A stretch of 57,466 nt of DNA from Candidatus Dormiibacterota bacterium (GCA_035716185.1 DASTJZ010000075.1:1-57466); one strand, 5' to 3'; shown: positions 1-8,326, counted from the first letter of the stretch. Made by a program: numbers and translations. The notes: generated from the sequence alone by a model not told the origin.

Positions 1-71
1 GTCTTGTCGGGGAGCTCGAGCAGAAAGATGACGGTAAAGACGGTGACTCCCAGGCCAAGCGCATGAGGCAC
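1..71 (-). CDS. TMEM165/GDT1 (UPF0016) family putative Mn2+/Ca2+ transporter, 5' part only (runs off the left edge)
   Basis: Manual translation from GTG at 71: MPHALGLGVTVFTVIFLLELPDKT..., matching the family E-x-G/P-D-K-T motif after a hydrophobic helix; TAGACT -10-like hexamer (82-87) lies 10 nt upstream. Not in the ORF track. Confidence 0.7.
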   Translation of the reverse strand, partial: MPHALGLGVTVFTVIFLLELPDK

Positions 72-84
72 GTCGCGAGTGAGT

Positions 85-342
85 CTATCGAGAACGCGGT
101 GCTGGTTTGGCCGTGGGATCGACGCCGTCCCAATCTTCCAGGGGCGCGATCCATCGAGGCCAATCGGGCTCAAGGCGAGGCCGGTCAGCGAGTGCCGTCC
201 GATGTCCCAGGCATGGATGAAGAGCTCGTCGCAGGCCAGCGCCGCCAAACCGGCCGTCCCAGTCGCGTCCGCTCCACGGTTCCAACGATTGGCAAACGAG
301 GTCGCAGGCCGCCGCCACATCAGCTGCACCGATCGCGGGCAT
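85..342 (-). pseudogene. Degraded DinB/mycothiol maleylpyruvate isomerase N-terminal (MDMPI)-like gene with two internal deletions
   Basis: Frame A gives MPAIGAADVAAACDLVCQSLEPWSGRDWDG and later RTALADRPRLEPDWPRWIAPLEDWDG; the intervening DNA in another frame reads GLAALACDELFIHAWDIG (E..H.WD metal-binding motif). Only 85 codons remain. Confidence 0.55.
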
Positions 343-492
343 CCCGAGATGATGATGCACCAACCCGGCGCGCTTAACGTCAGGGTTGGCTAGTCCTGCG
401 CTCGCCCGCTCCTTGTGGCCGGCCGAATCAGTGGAGCCAGAGCGGGAAGGAAAGGACGAAGACGAGAAGGCCGAGCCCGAGCGTCCGCATGC

Positions 493-1257
493 TCATCCGG
501 CGAGCGCCATCGGCTCCTGGCCGGCGGGGTAGGTGACCTTGGCGGTGAACCGGTAGCCGACGCCGCGCTTGGTCTGGATGTAGACCGGCTTGCCGGGATT
601 GGGTTCGATCTTGCTGCGGAGCCGAGAGATGTGGACCCGCAGCCCCTCCTCATAGGCTTCCTCGTCGCCGGCCCAGGCCTTGGCCAGCAGGGTCTCGTTG
701 GTGACGACCCTGCCGGCATTGCGGACCAGGAGAAAGAGCAGCTTGGACTCCGTCGGCGTCAGGGTGACCTGATGGCCCTTCACGCGGGCCCAGTGCTGCA
801 CGAAATTGATCTGCAAATCCTGGTCGATGACGACCTCGGGCTGTTCGACGCCAGCCGATTCGCCGTAGCGGCGGAGCACCCGCTGCACGCGGGCGACCAG
901 TTCTTCCTTCTCGAAGGGCTTGACGATGTAATCCTCGGCGTACATCTGCAGCCCCTCGACCTTGCTCTCGACCGCGGCGACCGCGCTGAGGATCACAATG
1001 GGAACGTCGAGGTGGCTCTTGATGCGCCGACAGAGCTCAAAGCCGTCCATCTCAGGCATCATCAGGTCAACGACGACAAGGTGGGGAATGCCCTCATGCA
1101 GCTTGCGTAGCGCTTCCGGTCCGCTTCCCGCGGTCATGACTTCATAGCCGGCGTGCTCGAGAATCCGCTTGAGGATCTCGCGGGCCATCGCGTCGTCGTC
1201 GACGATGAGGATCCGATACCGGTTGACGATGTTGAACCCCTCTCTTCCGGCGGCCAT
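493..1257 (-). CDS. OmpR/PhoB-family two-component response regulator (no kinase in window)
   Basis: Receiver ILIVDDD...VVVDLMMPEMDG...IVKPF plus winged helix LTPTESKLL...LRVHISRLRSKIE...IQTKRGVGYRF. Start uncertain: ATG 1257, or ATC 1230 after SD-like AGAGGGG. Confidence 0.95.
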   Translation of the reverse strand: MAAGREGFNIVNRYRILIVDDDAMAREILKRILEHAGYEVMTAGSGPEALRKLHEGIPHLVVVDLMMPEMDGFELCRRIKSHLDVPIVILSAVAAVESKVEGLQMYAEDYIVKPFEKEELVARVQRVLRRYGESAGVEQPEVVIDQDLQINFVQHWARVKGHQVTLTPTESKLLFLLVRNAGRVVTNETLLAKAWAGDEEAYEEGLRVHISRLRSKIEPNPGKPVYIQTKRGVGYRFTAKVTYPAGQEPMALAG

Positions 1258-1363
1258 CGCACGTCGCGCTGCCGATCGGCCTCCATGGATTTGGACCTGC
1301 AGGTGCTGGCTCAGGTCCGATTGGACAGCCGGTGAAGATATATGGCTGTCGTCCTGCATTTCC

Positions 1364-1382
1364 TTACGATTCCTCTTTACGA
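1364..1382. promoter_or_regulatory. TTACGAT direct repeat upstream of the response regulator, possible operator
   Basis: TTACGA at 1364-1369 and 1377-1382 (13-bp period); third TTACGA near 1462. Confidence 0.25.
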
Positions 1383-1499
1383 TGTGATGACTCTTGTCGC
1401 GTCAGGGTCACGTGCGGCCAGTGCGCGGCGCGCCAACGTGCATCACCTTAGAGATCCAGGCTTACGACCCCTGTTACAGGCTCGTCAATCGGGGAGGCG

Positions 1500-1530
1500 A
1501 AGGGCGCGAGCGGTGCCTCTCGCGCCCTTT
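1500..1530. terminator. GC-rich hairpin, terminator-like
   Basis: AAGGGCGCGAG-cggtgcct-CTCGCGCCCTT(T): 11-bp perfect stem with a short T-run. Confidence 0.45.
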
Positions 1531-1617
1531 GATGCAAGCCTATGGCGATCACCACGCCGATGAATCGGTCGCTCGGCCCATGGCCGCCGGCCAGACGGTA
1601 CAATCTCTGTCGCCCTC

Positions 1618-1701
1618 GCCCGGGTGGTGGAATTGGTAGACACGCAGCTTTGAGGGGGCTGTGAGCGCAAGCTTGTAAGGGTTCAAATCCCTTCCCGGGC
1701 A
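1618..1701 (+). tRNA. tRNA-Leu(GAG)
   Basis: Acceptor GCCCGGG/CCCGGGC-A, D-arm GTGGAATTGGTAGACAC, anticodon arm CAGCT-TTGAGGG-GGCTG, long variable arm, T-arm AAGGG-TTCAAAT-CCCTT; CCA not encoded; TACAAT -10 at about 1599-1604. Confidence 0.97.
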
Positions 1702-1715
1702 GAGCCCCTTCCACG

Positions 1716-2231
1716 GTGAGCCTCAGCACGCTGTACCTCCGCCTCCGCTATCCACGGGTGAGCTTCGGCCCGGGATTTTCCGCCCCGTGGCGGTTGCGGA
1801 TCCGGGGCCGCGGACGGGTCAGCTTCGGGAGCGACGTGCGGATCAGCAATCGCTCCGGCAAGACGGCGCTGCTGACCTACGGAACGGAGTCGCGGATCGA
1901 CATCGGCGATCGGGTCGAGATCGACGGCGCCGGCTTGATGTCGGCCAGCACGATCACTGTCGAAGCGGACGCCATCCTCGGTCCCTGCCTGATCGTCGAT
2001 ACCGACTTCCATGCCGTAGCGCGGGAGCGCCGCCGGCCGGGAGAACCGGTGGATCGCCGTCCGATCCAGATCCGCAGAAATACCTGGATCCAGGGAAAGG
2101 CGACCATCCTCAAGGGAGTCACGATCGGCGAGGGGGCGGTGGTCCGCTGGGGCGCACTCGTCACCGGCGATGTGGCGGCCGGCAGCGTCGTCATGGGGAA
2201 CCCGGCGGTCCAGGTTGGAGAAAAGGGTTAG
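1716..2231 (+). CDS. Hexapeptide-repeat (left-handed beta-helix) acyltransferase, maltose/galactoside O-acetyltransferase-like
   Basis: IVDTDFH...PIQIRRNTWIQGKATILKGVTIGEGAVVRWGALVTGDVAAGSVVMGNPA. Confidence 0.85.
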   Translation: MSLSTLYLRLRYPRVSFGPGFSAPWRLRIRGRGRVSFGSDVRISNRSGKTALLTYGTESRIDIGDRVEIDGAGLMSASTITVEADAILGPCLIVDTDFHAVARERRRPGEPVDRRPIQIRRNTWIQGKATILKGVTIGEGAVVRWGALVTGDVAAGSVVMGNPAVQVGEKG

Positions 2232-2419
2232 GCGCTGATCACGGCGCCTTCGATGTTGCAGTAGGTGTTCTTGACCTGATTGCCGAGGACGATCAGCGTG
2301 ATCAAGACCACGATGACGACCAGGCACATGATGAGGGAATACTCGATGAGAGCCTGGCCCTTCTCGCTATCCCGCCAGCCGATCATCATTCGAATTCGCG
2401 CCGCGATCAGTGTCACCAT
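2228..2419 (-). CDS. flp: Flp family type IVb pilin
   Basis: Prepilin G|QALIEY motif (DSEKG|QALIEYSLIMCLVVIVVLITLIVLGNQV) followed by one hydrophobic helix; 63 aa. Confidence 0.9.
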   Translation of the reverse strand: MVTLIAARIRMMIGWRDSEKGQALIEYSLIMCLVVIVVLITLIVLGNQVKNTYCNIEGAVISA

Positions 2420-2494
2420 TGTTCAAGTGCTCGGCGAGTCTACGCCGTACCCCGAGTATGAGGCGTATAACGGGGAACCTCGCCACTTTCAGAC

Positions 2495-2527
2495 GGGTCG
2501 TGGCGGGATCGTGGCGGCTTCGTGACT
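2495..2527. promoter_or_regulatory. Three tandem 11-bp-period repeats upstream of flp, candidate activator site
   Basis: GGGTCGTGGCG / GGATCGTGGCG / GCTTCGTGACT, with core TCGTG every 11 bp. Confidence 0.4.
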
Positions 2528-2667
2528 TAGCGAGCGTTCGAGCGCTGGACCAGGTAGGTCACGACAGCCAGGTATTCCTCGGAATCGGCTGAACCGACCC
2601 ATCGGGTGTCATCGGTAGTGCGCCCGAAGAGGGCAAACAGCTCGCTGAGGGTGAGTTTCTCTGACAT
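2527..2667 (-). CDS. Uncharacterised 46-aa microprotein, copy 1
   Basis: MSEKLTLSELFALFGRTTDDTRWVGSADSEEYLAVVTYLVQRSNAR*; paralogous to 2740..2889 with many synonymous differences; below the ORF-track cutoff. Confidence 0.8.
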   Translation of the reverse strand: MSEKLTLSELFALFGRTTDDTRWVGSADSEEYLAVVTYLVQRSNAR

Positions 2668-2739
2668 CGTTTTAGCTACAGCAATCTAGGCAGGTAATAT
2701 AACAGGCATACTATCACAGTTGCCTGGCGCTCGGCGGAA

Positions 2740-2889
2740 CTAACGACCGTTGTTCCGCTGAACGAGATAAAGCACGACGGCCAGGTATTCTTGCGAATCT
2801 GCCGAGGCTACCCAGCGGGTGTCCTCAGCGTGACGGCCGAAAAGGGTAAAGACGTCGGACATGGTAAGTCGCTGCGGCTCTTCCAGCAT
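2740..2889 (-). CDS. Uncharacterised 49-aa microprotein, copy 2
   Basis: MLEEPQRLTMSDVFTLFGRHAEDTRWVASADSQEYLAVVLYLVQRNNGR*; AAGGA just upstream; 30/42 identical to copy 1 by manual alignment. Confidence 0.8.
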   Translation of the reverse strand: MLEEPQRLTMSDVFTLFGRHAEDTRWVASADSQEYLAVVLYLVQRNNGR

Positions 2890-3033
2890 GTTTCCTTCGC
2901 CCCGATGCAGGTGAAACGACCCCTTGTCCGAGAACCTTTCACGCTGAGTGACGAAGAAGCCACGGCTGGGCGGAGAGACGCCGACGATTGGTCTCGGATT
3001 CGCCGCGCGAGTGCCGGTAGAATTCGGGCCAAC

Positions 3034-4131
3034 CTGGACCTTCCTACCGCAATTCCCGACCTGCCGGCTTTCGCGACGGCCTCCCTCGAGGATGTCGCCA
3101 CCGTTCTCACCAGGGGTGCTGAGTCAGGCTATCGGGCTCAGCAGGCTCAACAGTGGTTCTGGCAGCGTCTCGCCCCGTCCTACGATGCGATGCGCACCCT
3201 CCCAGCTTCGGCACGTCGCCTGCTCGGGTCGTCGTTTGCCCACAGCACCGTCACCTCGAAGGTCAAGCGCTCCGCCGACGGGGGTCAAACGGTGAAGTAC
3301 CTGTTCGTGCTTCGCGATGGTCGGACCGTCGAGACGGTCGTGATGCATTACGAAGGCACTCAGCGGTCCCGGGCTCGGACCACGATCTGCGTCAGCTCGC
3401 AGGTCGGCTGCCCGATCGGCTGCACCTTCTGCGCCACGGGACGATCGGGCTTCGACCGGAACCTGACCGAAGCGGAGATCGTCGACCAGTTCCTGCAGGC
3501 GAGCCGGGATCTTCAGCAGGAGCAACGGTCGCTCACCAACGTCGTGTTCATGGGAATGGGCGAGCCGATGAATAACTACCAGGCGGTGGTGGGCGCGGTG
3601 CGTCGCTGGGCCGCGGCCGATACGCTCAACTTCAGTCCGCGACGCGTCACCATCTCGACGATCGGACTGGTGCCGTTCATCGAGCGCCTCAGCGTCGAAG
3701 GTTTGCCGGTCAATCTCGCCATCTCACTGCACGCGCCGGATGACGAACTGCGCAGCCGCCTGATTCCTGTGAACCGGAAATATCCGATCGCCGCCGTGAT
3801 CGCGGCCGCCCGCGCCCACTCGGACCGCACCGGCCGGCGGACCAGCTATGAGTACGTGTTGCTCGAGGGGGTGAACGATAGTCGCGAGCAAGCCGCCCGG
3901 CTGGCCAGACTGGTCAATCATCGGTTGAGCCACGTCAACCTGATCCCGATGAACCCGATCGACGGCAGCCCGCTGGCTCCGCCGTCGAAGTCGCGGGCTC
4001 AAGCGTTCCAGTCGGTCTTACTGGCTGCCGGCATCTCGACCACCATCCGCGCCACCCGCGGACTCGACATCGATGCCGCCTGCGGCCAGCTTCGTGCCCG
4101 CCAACTGCACCCGGCGCCCACCCCCGTCTGA
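3034..4131 (+). CDS. rlmN: 23S rRNA (adenine2503-C2)-methyltransferase RlmN (radical SAM)
   Basis: SSQVGCPIGCTFCATG, VVFMGMGEP, NLAISLH, IDAACGQL. Start placed at CTG 3034 (10 nt after TAGAAT); ATG 2905 is the alternative; the track start 2791 overlaps microprotein copy 2. Confidence 0.95.
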   Translation: MDLPTAIPDLPAFATASLEDVATVLTRGAESGYRAQQAQQWFWQRLAPSYDAMRTLPASARRLLGSSFAHSTVTSKVKRSADGGQTVKYLFVLRDGRTVETVVMHYEGTQRSRARTTICVSSQVGCPIGCTFCATGRSGFDRNLTEAEIVDQFLQASRDLQQEQRSLTNVVFMGMGEPMNNYQAVVGAVRRWAAADTLNFSPRRVTISTIGLVPFIERLSVEGLPVNLAISLHAPDDELRSRLIPVNRKYPIAAVIAAARAHSDRTGRRTSYEYVLLEGVNDSREQAARLARLVNHRLSHVNLIPMNPIDGSPLAPPSKSRAQAFQSVLLAAGISTTIRATRGLDIDAACGQLRARQLHPAPTPV

Positions 4132-4641
4132 ATGCCGTCCGGGTTTTTGGGCCTCTTCTTCGACGCCGGAAACACGTTGGTGGTCGAGGAACCAGGCAAG
4201 CATCTCTGGGAGATGGACATCGCCCCCATCGCCGGGGCGGCTGAAGTGCTCGCGGCGTTGAAGCCGCGCTACCGCCTGGGGGTGATCTCGAATACCGTCG
4301 GGTCGGGCGATGCCGAGGTCTCCCAGGCGCTGGAGCGAGCCGGGATCCGTCGTTTCATCGACGCGCTGGTCACCTCCCGCGACTTCGGCCGCGCCAAACC
4401 GGATCCGGCGATCTTCGCCGAGGGGGCTCGCCGGCTAGGGGTGCCGCTGGCGTCGACCTGCATGATCGGTGATCGACTCGACACCGACATCGCCGGCGCG
4501 CTCAATGCCGGCATTGCCGCGGTGTGGCTCCAGCATCCGGGCGCTGAGCCGGTTGTCGGAATTTCGCCGACCCACGTCATCTCTCGGCTTTCCGAGTTAC
4601 CCGCCTGGCTCGACGCTCCCTATACTCGAACTGATTCATGA
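4132..4641 (+). CDS. HAD-superfamily hydrolase (IA-like, minimal cap)
   Basis: FFDAGNTL motif I, VISN motif II, KPDPAIF motif III, MIGDRLDTDI motif IV. Confidence 0.85.
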   Translation: MPSGFLGLFFDAGNTLVVEEPGKHLWEMDIAPIAGAAEVLAALKPRYRLGVISNTVGSGDAEVSQALERAGIRRFIDALVTSRDFGRAKPDPAIFAEGARRLGVPLASTCMIGDRLDTDIAGALNAGIAAVWLQHPGAEPVVGISPTHVISRLSELPAWLDAPYTRTDS

Positions 4642-5468
4642 AGCGCCCGCTCGCCGCGCTGGTCGCGACGGTTGTTCTCAGCGGGTGCGGCGCGCTGGGC
4701 CAGACGCCCGAGACCCCGCAGCAGGTGGTCAACACCGCCAGCCAGAAGATGAGCGCGCTTCAGTCCGCGAAGTTCGATATGACGGCGAACATCCTGGAGC
4801 AGTTCCCAGCCTCCTTCACCCAGAGCCTCGGTCCACAGGGTTCGGCGCTCTCTAACCTGAGCCTCGACATGAGTGGCAAGGGAGAGGCAAAGTTTCCGGA
4901 TCAGGCTTCGATGTCGATGCAGGTCAAGACCGGATCGGTGACGATCAGCACCGATATGGTCATCAGCGGCAGCAAGATCTACGTGAAGGATCCGCAGAGC
5001 GGAACCTTTAGTGAGACGGCAAACGGGGCTCTGGGCCAGTTCACCAGCCAGACCGATCCGCTTTCGGGCGCAGCCATCTTGAAGACCGCGCAGTCGATCA
5101 AGGACCTGGGCGACACGACGCTGAACAACGCCGCCGTGCATCACTACCAGATCATCCCGGACAAGAACAAGCTGGCTGAACAGGCCAGCACCCAGCAGGC
5201 CAGGGACCTGGTGCGATCAATGCTCGAAAAGGGCAGCGTCCAGCTCGAGGTCTGGATTGGGAAGGACGACCACCTGCTGCACCGCATCAAGGACAACACC
5301 GACGCGGGCATCGACCTCAACCAGGTGCTGGAGGCGTCCGGCCAGCAGATGCCGCCGGGCCTCAGCATTCCGGCTGGAACGACGGTGCATGCCGTCGTGC
5401 ATGCCACCATCGATTACCACGATTTCAACACTCCGGTGACGGTCACCGTCCCGCCGGTCGCGTCGTAA
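4638..5468 (+). CDS. LppX/LprAFG-like lipoprotein, paralog 1
   Basis: Lipobox LSG-C; SAKFD, DPLS, IKDLGDT, VHHYQ, EVWIGKDDHL, IDYHDFNTPVTVTVP motifs shared with the next gene. Confidence 0.75.
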   Translation: MKRPLAALVATVVLSGCGALGQTPETPQQVVNTASQKMSALQSAKFDMTANILEQFPASFTQSLGPQGSALSNLSLDMSGKGEAKFPDQASMSMQVKTGSVTISTDMVISGSKIYVKDPQSGTFSETANGALGQFTSQTDPLSGAAILKTAQSIKDLGDTTLNNAAVHHYQIIPDKNKLAEQASTQQARDLVRSMLEKGSVQLEVWIGKDDHLLHRIKDNTDAGIDLNQVLEASGQQMPPGLSIPAGTTVHAVVHATIDYHDFNTPVTVTVPPVAS

Positions 5469-5529
5469 CGTGCTCCGCGCCGGGGCGCGAAGGAACCGCA
5501 ACGCGCGGCCGATATACTCAGGAAATCCA

Positions 5530-6372
5530 GTGAAACGACTGCTGGCGTGCCTGCTGACGATGGTGGCGCTCGCCGCCTGTGCCTCTCCGCTCGCGAAGGC
5601 CGAAACGCCACAACAGGCCCTGTCGAACGCAGCGCAGCGCGCCAGCCAGCTCAAGTCGGCAAAGTTCGACTTCTCCGGTCACGTGACCATGACGATGCCG
5701 AGTCAACTCGGACAGGCCTTCGGCCAGGGCTCGGCCGGCGGATCATTTGCACTCGATCTGAGCGGCAGCGGCGAAGCCCAGTTCCCCGATCGCTATCACG
5801 CCACCATCAACGCGAAGATGTCCGGCTTCTCGATCGCCAGCGAGGTCGTCGTGGCAAACGGCAAAGCATATGTGAAGAATCCAATGACCAACAAATGGCA
5901 GGTGTCGAGCCAATCGTCGAGCTTCACAGACCAGCTGGGGCAGATCGATCCACTTTCCTACAACCAGCTGCTCAAGAACATCAAAGCCATCAAAGATCTC
6001 GGCGACACCAGCCTGAACGGCACCGCCGTCCACCATTACCAACTGACGCCCGATAAAGACAAACTGCTGGCCAGCCTGGACGGGTCGACGGTCAAGAACC
6101 CGCAGACCCTGGCGGCCCTCAAACAAGTCCTTGACAGCGGCACGATGGCAATCGAGGTGTGGTTCGGAAAGGACGATCATCTCGTGCGACGCATACTCAC
6201 GGCCGCCGACTACACGATCGACCTCAACCAGTTCATGAGCACGATGGGTGGACCCCTGGCTTCGGGGAATCCACTCCCGTCCGGGTCGGTCATCCACGCC
6301 GCCGCGCAGATCGTGATCAACTACCACGACTTCGATGCGCCGGTGACCATCACCGTTCCGACCGTCGGCTAG
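5530..6372 (+). CDS. LppX/LprAFG-like lipoprotein, paralog 2
   Basis: Start at GTG 5530 (MKRLLACLLTMVALAA-C lipobox); colinear with the upstream paralog. Confidence 0.75.
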   Translation: MKRLLACLLTMVALAACASPLAKAETPQQALSNAAQRASQLKSAKFDFSGHVTMTMPSQLGQAFGQGSAGGSFALDLSGSGEAQFPDRYHATINAKMSGFSIASEVVVANGKAYVKNPMTNKWQVSSQSSSFTDQLGQIDPLSYNQLLKNIKAIKDLGDTSLNGTAVHHYQLTPDKDKLLASLDGSTVKNPQTLAALKQVLDSGTMAIEVWFGKDDHLVRRILTAADYTIDLNQFMSTMGGPLASGNPLPSGSVIHAAAQIVINYHDFDAPVTITVPTVG

Positions 6373-7013
6373 TGCTGGTCGCCCCGTCCCTGCTATCGGC
6401 TGACTTCAGCCGCCTGGGCGAGGAAGTTGCTGCCCTCGAGCAAGCCGGCGCCGATTGGGTGCACTTCGACGTGATGGACGGTCACTTCGTACCGCCCATC
6501 ACCATCGGTCCTCGAACGGTGGAGCATTGCCGGCGTTACGCGAAGCTGCCGTTCGACGTCCACCTCATGATCGAGCACCCGGAGCGCACGATCGAGGCCT
6601 TTCGCGATGCCGGCGCCAATACGCTGTCAGTACACGTCGAGGCCACCCGGCATATCCATCGGGTACTCGAGGACATCCGTAAGGCCGGGCTCAAGCCGGG
6701 CGTCTGCCTGAACCCGGGAAGCCCGTTGGGCTTGCTCGAGCCGGTACTGAAGAACGCGGACCTGGTTGTGATGATGTGCGTGAACCCGGGGTGGGGTGGC
6801 CAGAAGTTCATCGATGGGAGCCTGGACCGGATCAAAGCCCTGCGCGCATTGCGGGACCGGGTCAACCCGAACCTGGACATCGAGATCGACGGTGGGGTTA
6901 CGGCCGAGACCGGCCAGCAGTCCGCCACCTCGGGTGCCACCGTCCTGGTAGCCGGCAACTTCGTCTACACCCATCCACAGGGTAAGAAGGCCGCCATCGA
7001 CCAGCTGCGCTGA
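6372..7013 (+). CDS. rpe: Ribulose-phosphate 3-epimerase
   Basis: VAPSLLSADF, HFDVMDGHFVP, DVHLMI, MCVNPGWGGQKF, EIDGG; GTG overlaps the upstream TAG. Confidence 0.95.
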   Translation: MLVAPSLLSADFSRLGEEVAALEQAGADWVHFDVMDGHFVPPITIGPRTVEHCRRYAKLPFDVHLMIEHPERTIEAFRDAGANTLSVHVEATRHIHRVLEDIRKAGLKPGVCLNPGSPLGLLEPVLKNADLVVMMCVNPGWGGQKFIDGSLDRIKALRALRDRVNPNLDIEIDGGVTAETGQQSATSGATVLVAGNFVYTHPQGKKAAIDQLR

Positions 7014-7056
7014 CGGCTGGTGACGTAATTCGGCGGCTGGTCTAGTTACAGAGTTT

Positions 7057-7626
7057 GTGACCGTTTCGGCACTTCGCTCACTCCGGCGAGGCGGACGATC
7101 CCTGCCGGCGGAGATTCGGCTCGGCCGGGTGTTCGTGACCCTGGCGGCCAGCCTCGTTCTGCTGCTGCTGGCGCTGCACGTGCCACCGTTCATGGCCGCC
7201 GGCGCCGACCTGACGGACAGCGGCCAGCGGGACTATGCCCGCAACATCTGGCAGGAGACCCAGACCAGTCTGGCGCTGGTGGTGGTCGCGCTGCCCTGGC
7301 TGGTGTACGGCTTGATCTGGCAGGGGGCACCCTGGGGCCGCCGCATTCTTCTCGGCCTCGCCACCACCGGCGTCGTTATGACCACCTGGCTCGCGCTGAT
7401 CAGCGCCCAGAGCTACACGGCGCTCCCACGGCAGGTCACCGGTGTGGTCGACCGCCTCCAGGGCCGCAGCCTCTGGCTCCGCAGCGGAGGCGGCTACTAC
7501 CTCGTCGTGTCTGACGCGGAACTCCAGGCGGCCCAGCCCTGGCTACGGCCCGGGGCGAACGTTCTCCTCTGGGTCTCACCCCGGGGGCACGCCGGCTACG
7601 TGAGTCCGAATGCCTTTGGTGACTAA
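7057..7626 (+). CDS. Hypothetical membrane protein (about 3 TM plus a small C-terminal beta domain)
   Basis: Three hydrophobic segments; fills the gap between rpe and rpmB; stop overlaps the rpmB stop by 4 nt. Confidence 0.6.
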   Translation: MTVSALRSLRRGGRSLPAEIRLGRVFVTLAASLVLLLLALHVPPFMAAGADLTDSGQRDYARNIWQETQTSLALVVVALPWLVYGLIWQGAPWGRRILLGLATTGVVMTTWLALISAQSYTALPRQVTGVVDRLQGRSLWLRSGGGYYLVVSDAELQAAQPWLRPGANVLLWVSPRGHAGYVSPNAFGD

Positions 7627-7808
7627 GCGGACTTTGCCTGGGTGCGCAGACAACGCGTGCAGATCAGGGCGGTCTGCGAGCGCCCGTTAATGGTCACCCG
7701 AGCCTTGTGGAGATTGGGCATGAAGCGGCGCTTCGTGCGCACCTTCGAGTGACTCACGTTATGGCCGTATTGGGGTCCTTTTCCGCAGATCGCGCAGCGT
7801 TGTGCCAT
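7623..7808 (-). CDS. rpmB: 50S ribosomal protein L28 (Zn-binding form)
   Basis: [33 protein letters not shown]...ICTRCLR. Confidence 0.97.
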   Translation of the reverse strand: MAQRCAICGKGPQYGHNVSHSKVRTKRRFMPNLHKARVTINGRSQTALICTRCLRTQAKSA

Positions 7809-7912
7809 GGGTTTTTGGATGACTTGGGCGCCTCCAGATGCATCGCGTATGATGGAGGCGAAATCAGCGTCACATAGTAGCACAGGTGGGAAATCCCGCC
7901 ACCCTGATTGAG

Positions 7913-8326
7913 ATGGACTCAAAGACGAAGGCCAACCCGCCGCGCACCGGGAAGCCGCCCAGGACGCTGATCCAGGACAGAGATCTCGGGCGGATCGAAG
8001 TGTCGCGCCATGTGGTGGCCACCATCGCCGGCCACGCCGCGGCGGGCTGCTATGGGATCGTGGCCATGGCGGCGAGAGGCCTGCGCGACGGCCTGGCCGA
8101 GCGATTGCACCGGGATAAGTTGCATCGGGGCGTCGACGTCGAGGTCCGCGAAGACGGGATCGCCGTCTCGCTCTACGTCATCGTCGAGTACGGGACCCGG
8201 GTCTCGGAGGTCGCGCACAACCTATCTAATGCGGTCCGCTATTCGATCGAGCGGACGCTGGGGCTGCCGGTGGTCGAGGTCAACGTCAATGTCCAGGGAA
8301 TCCACATCAGCGGCATTGAAGGCTGA
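7913..8326 (+). CDS. Asp23/Gls24 family protein (YloU-like)
   Basis: [24 protein letters not shown]...[16 protein letters not shown]...VNVNVQGI; canonical position before a DAK2 gene. Confidence 0.9.
   Translation: MDSKTKANPPRTGKPPRTLIQDRDLGRIEVSRHVVATIAGHAAAGCYGIVAMAARGLRDGLAERLHRDKLHRGVDVEVREDGIAVSLYVIVEYGTRVSEVAHNLSNAVRYSIERTLGLPVVEVNVNVQGIHISGIEG

Noticed and set aside
72-390. yybP-ykoY (Mn2+) riboswitch expected upstream of a UPF0016 transporter
   Set aside because: The region is better explained as pseudogene remnants, a -10 box lies only 10 nt before the start, and I could not find the riboswitch consensus.
2527-2889. Microproteins as degenerate Flp pilins because of their EY motif
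   Set aside because: No Gly cleavage site at the right distance, and only about 8 hydrophobic residues after EY.
1618-3000. tRNA-Leu as an integration site for an island
   Set aside because: No integrase and no duplicated tRNA 3' end seen in the window.
2791-3033. 81-aa N-terminal extension of RlmN in the ORF track
   Set aside because: It overlaps a better-supported opposite-strand microprotein and has no RlmN-like features.
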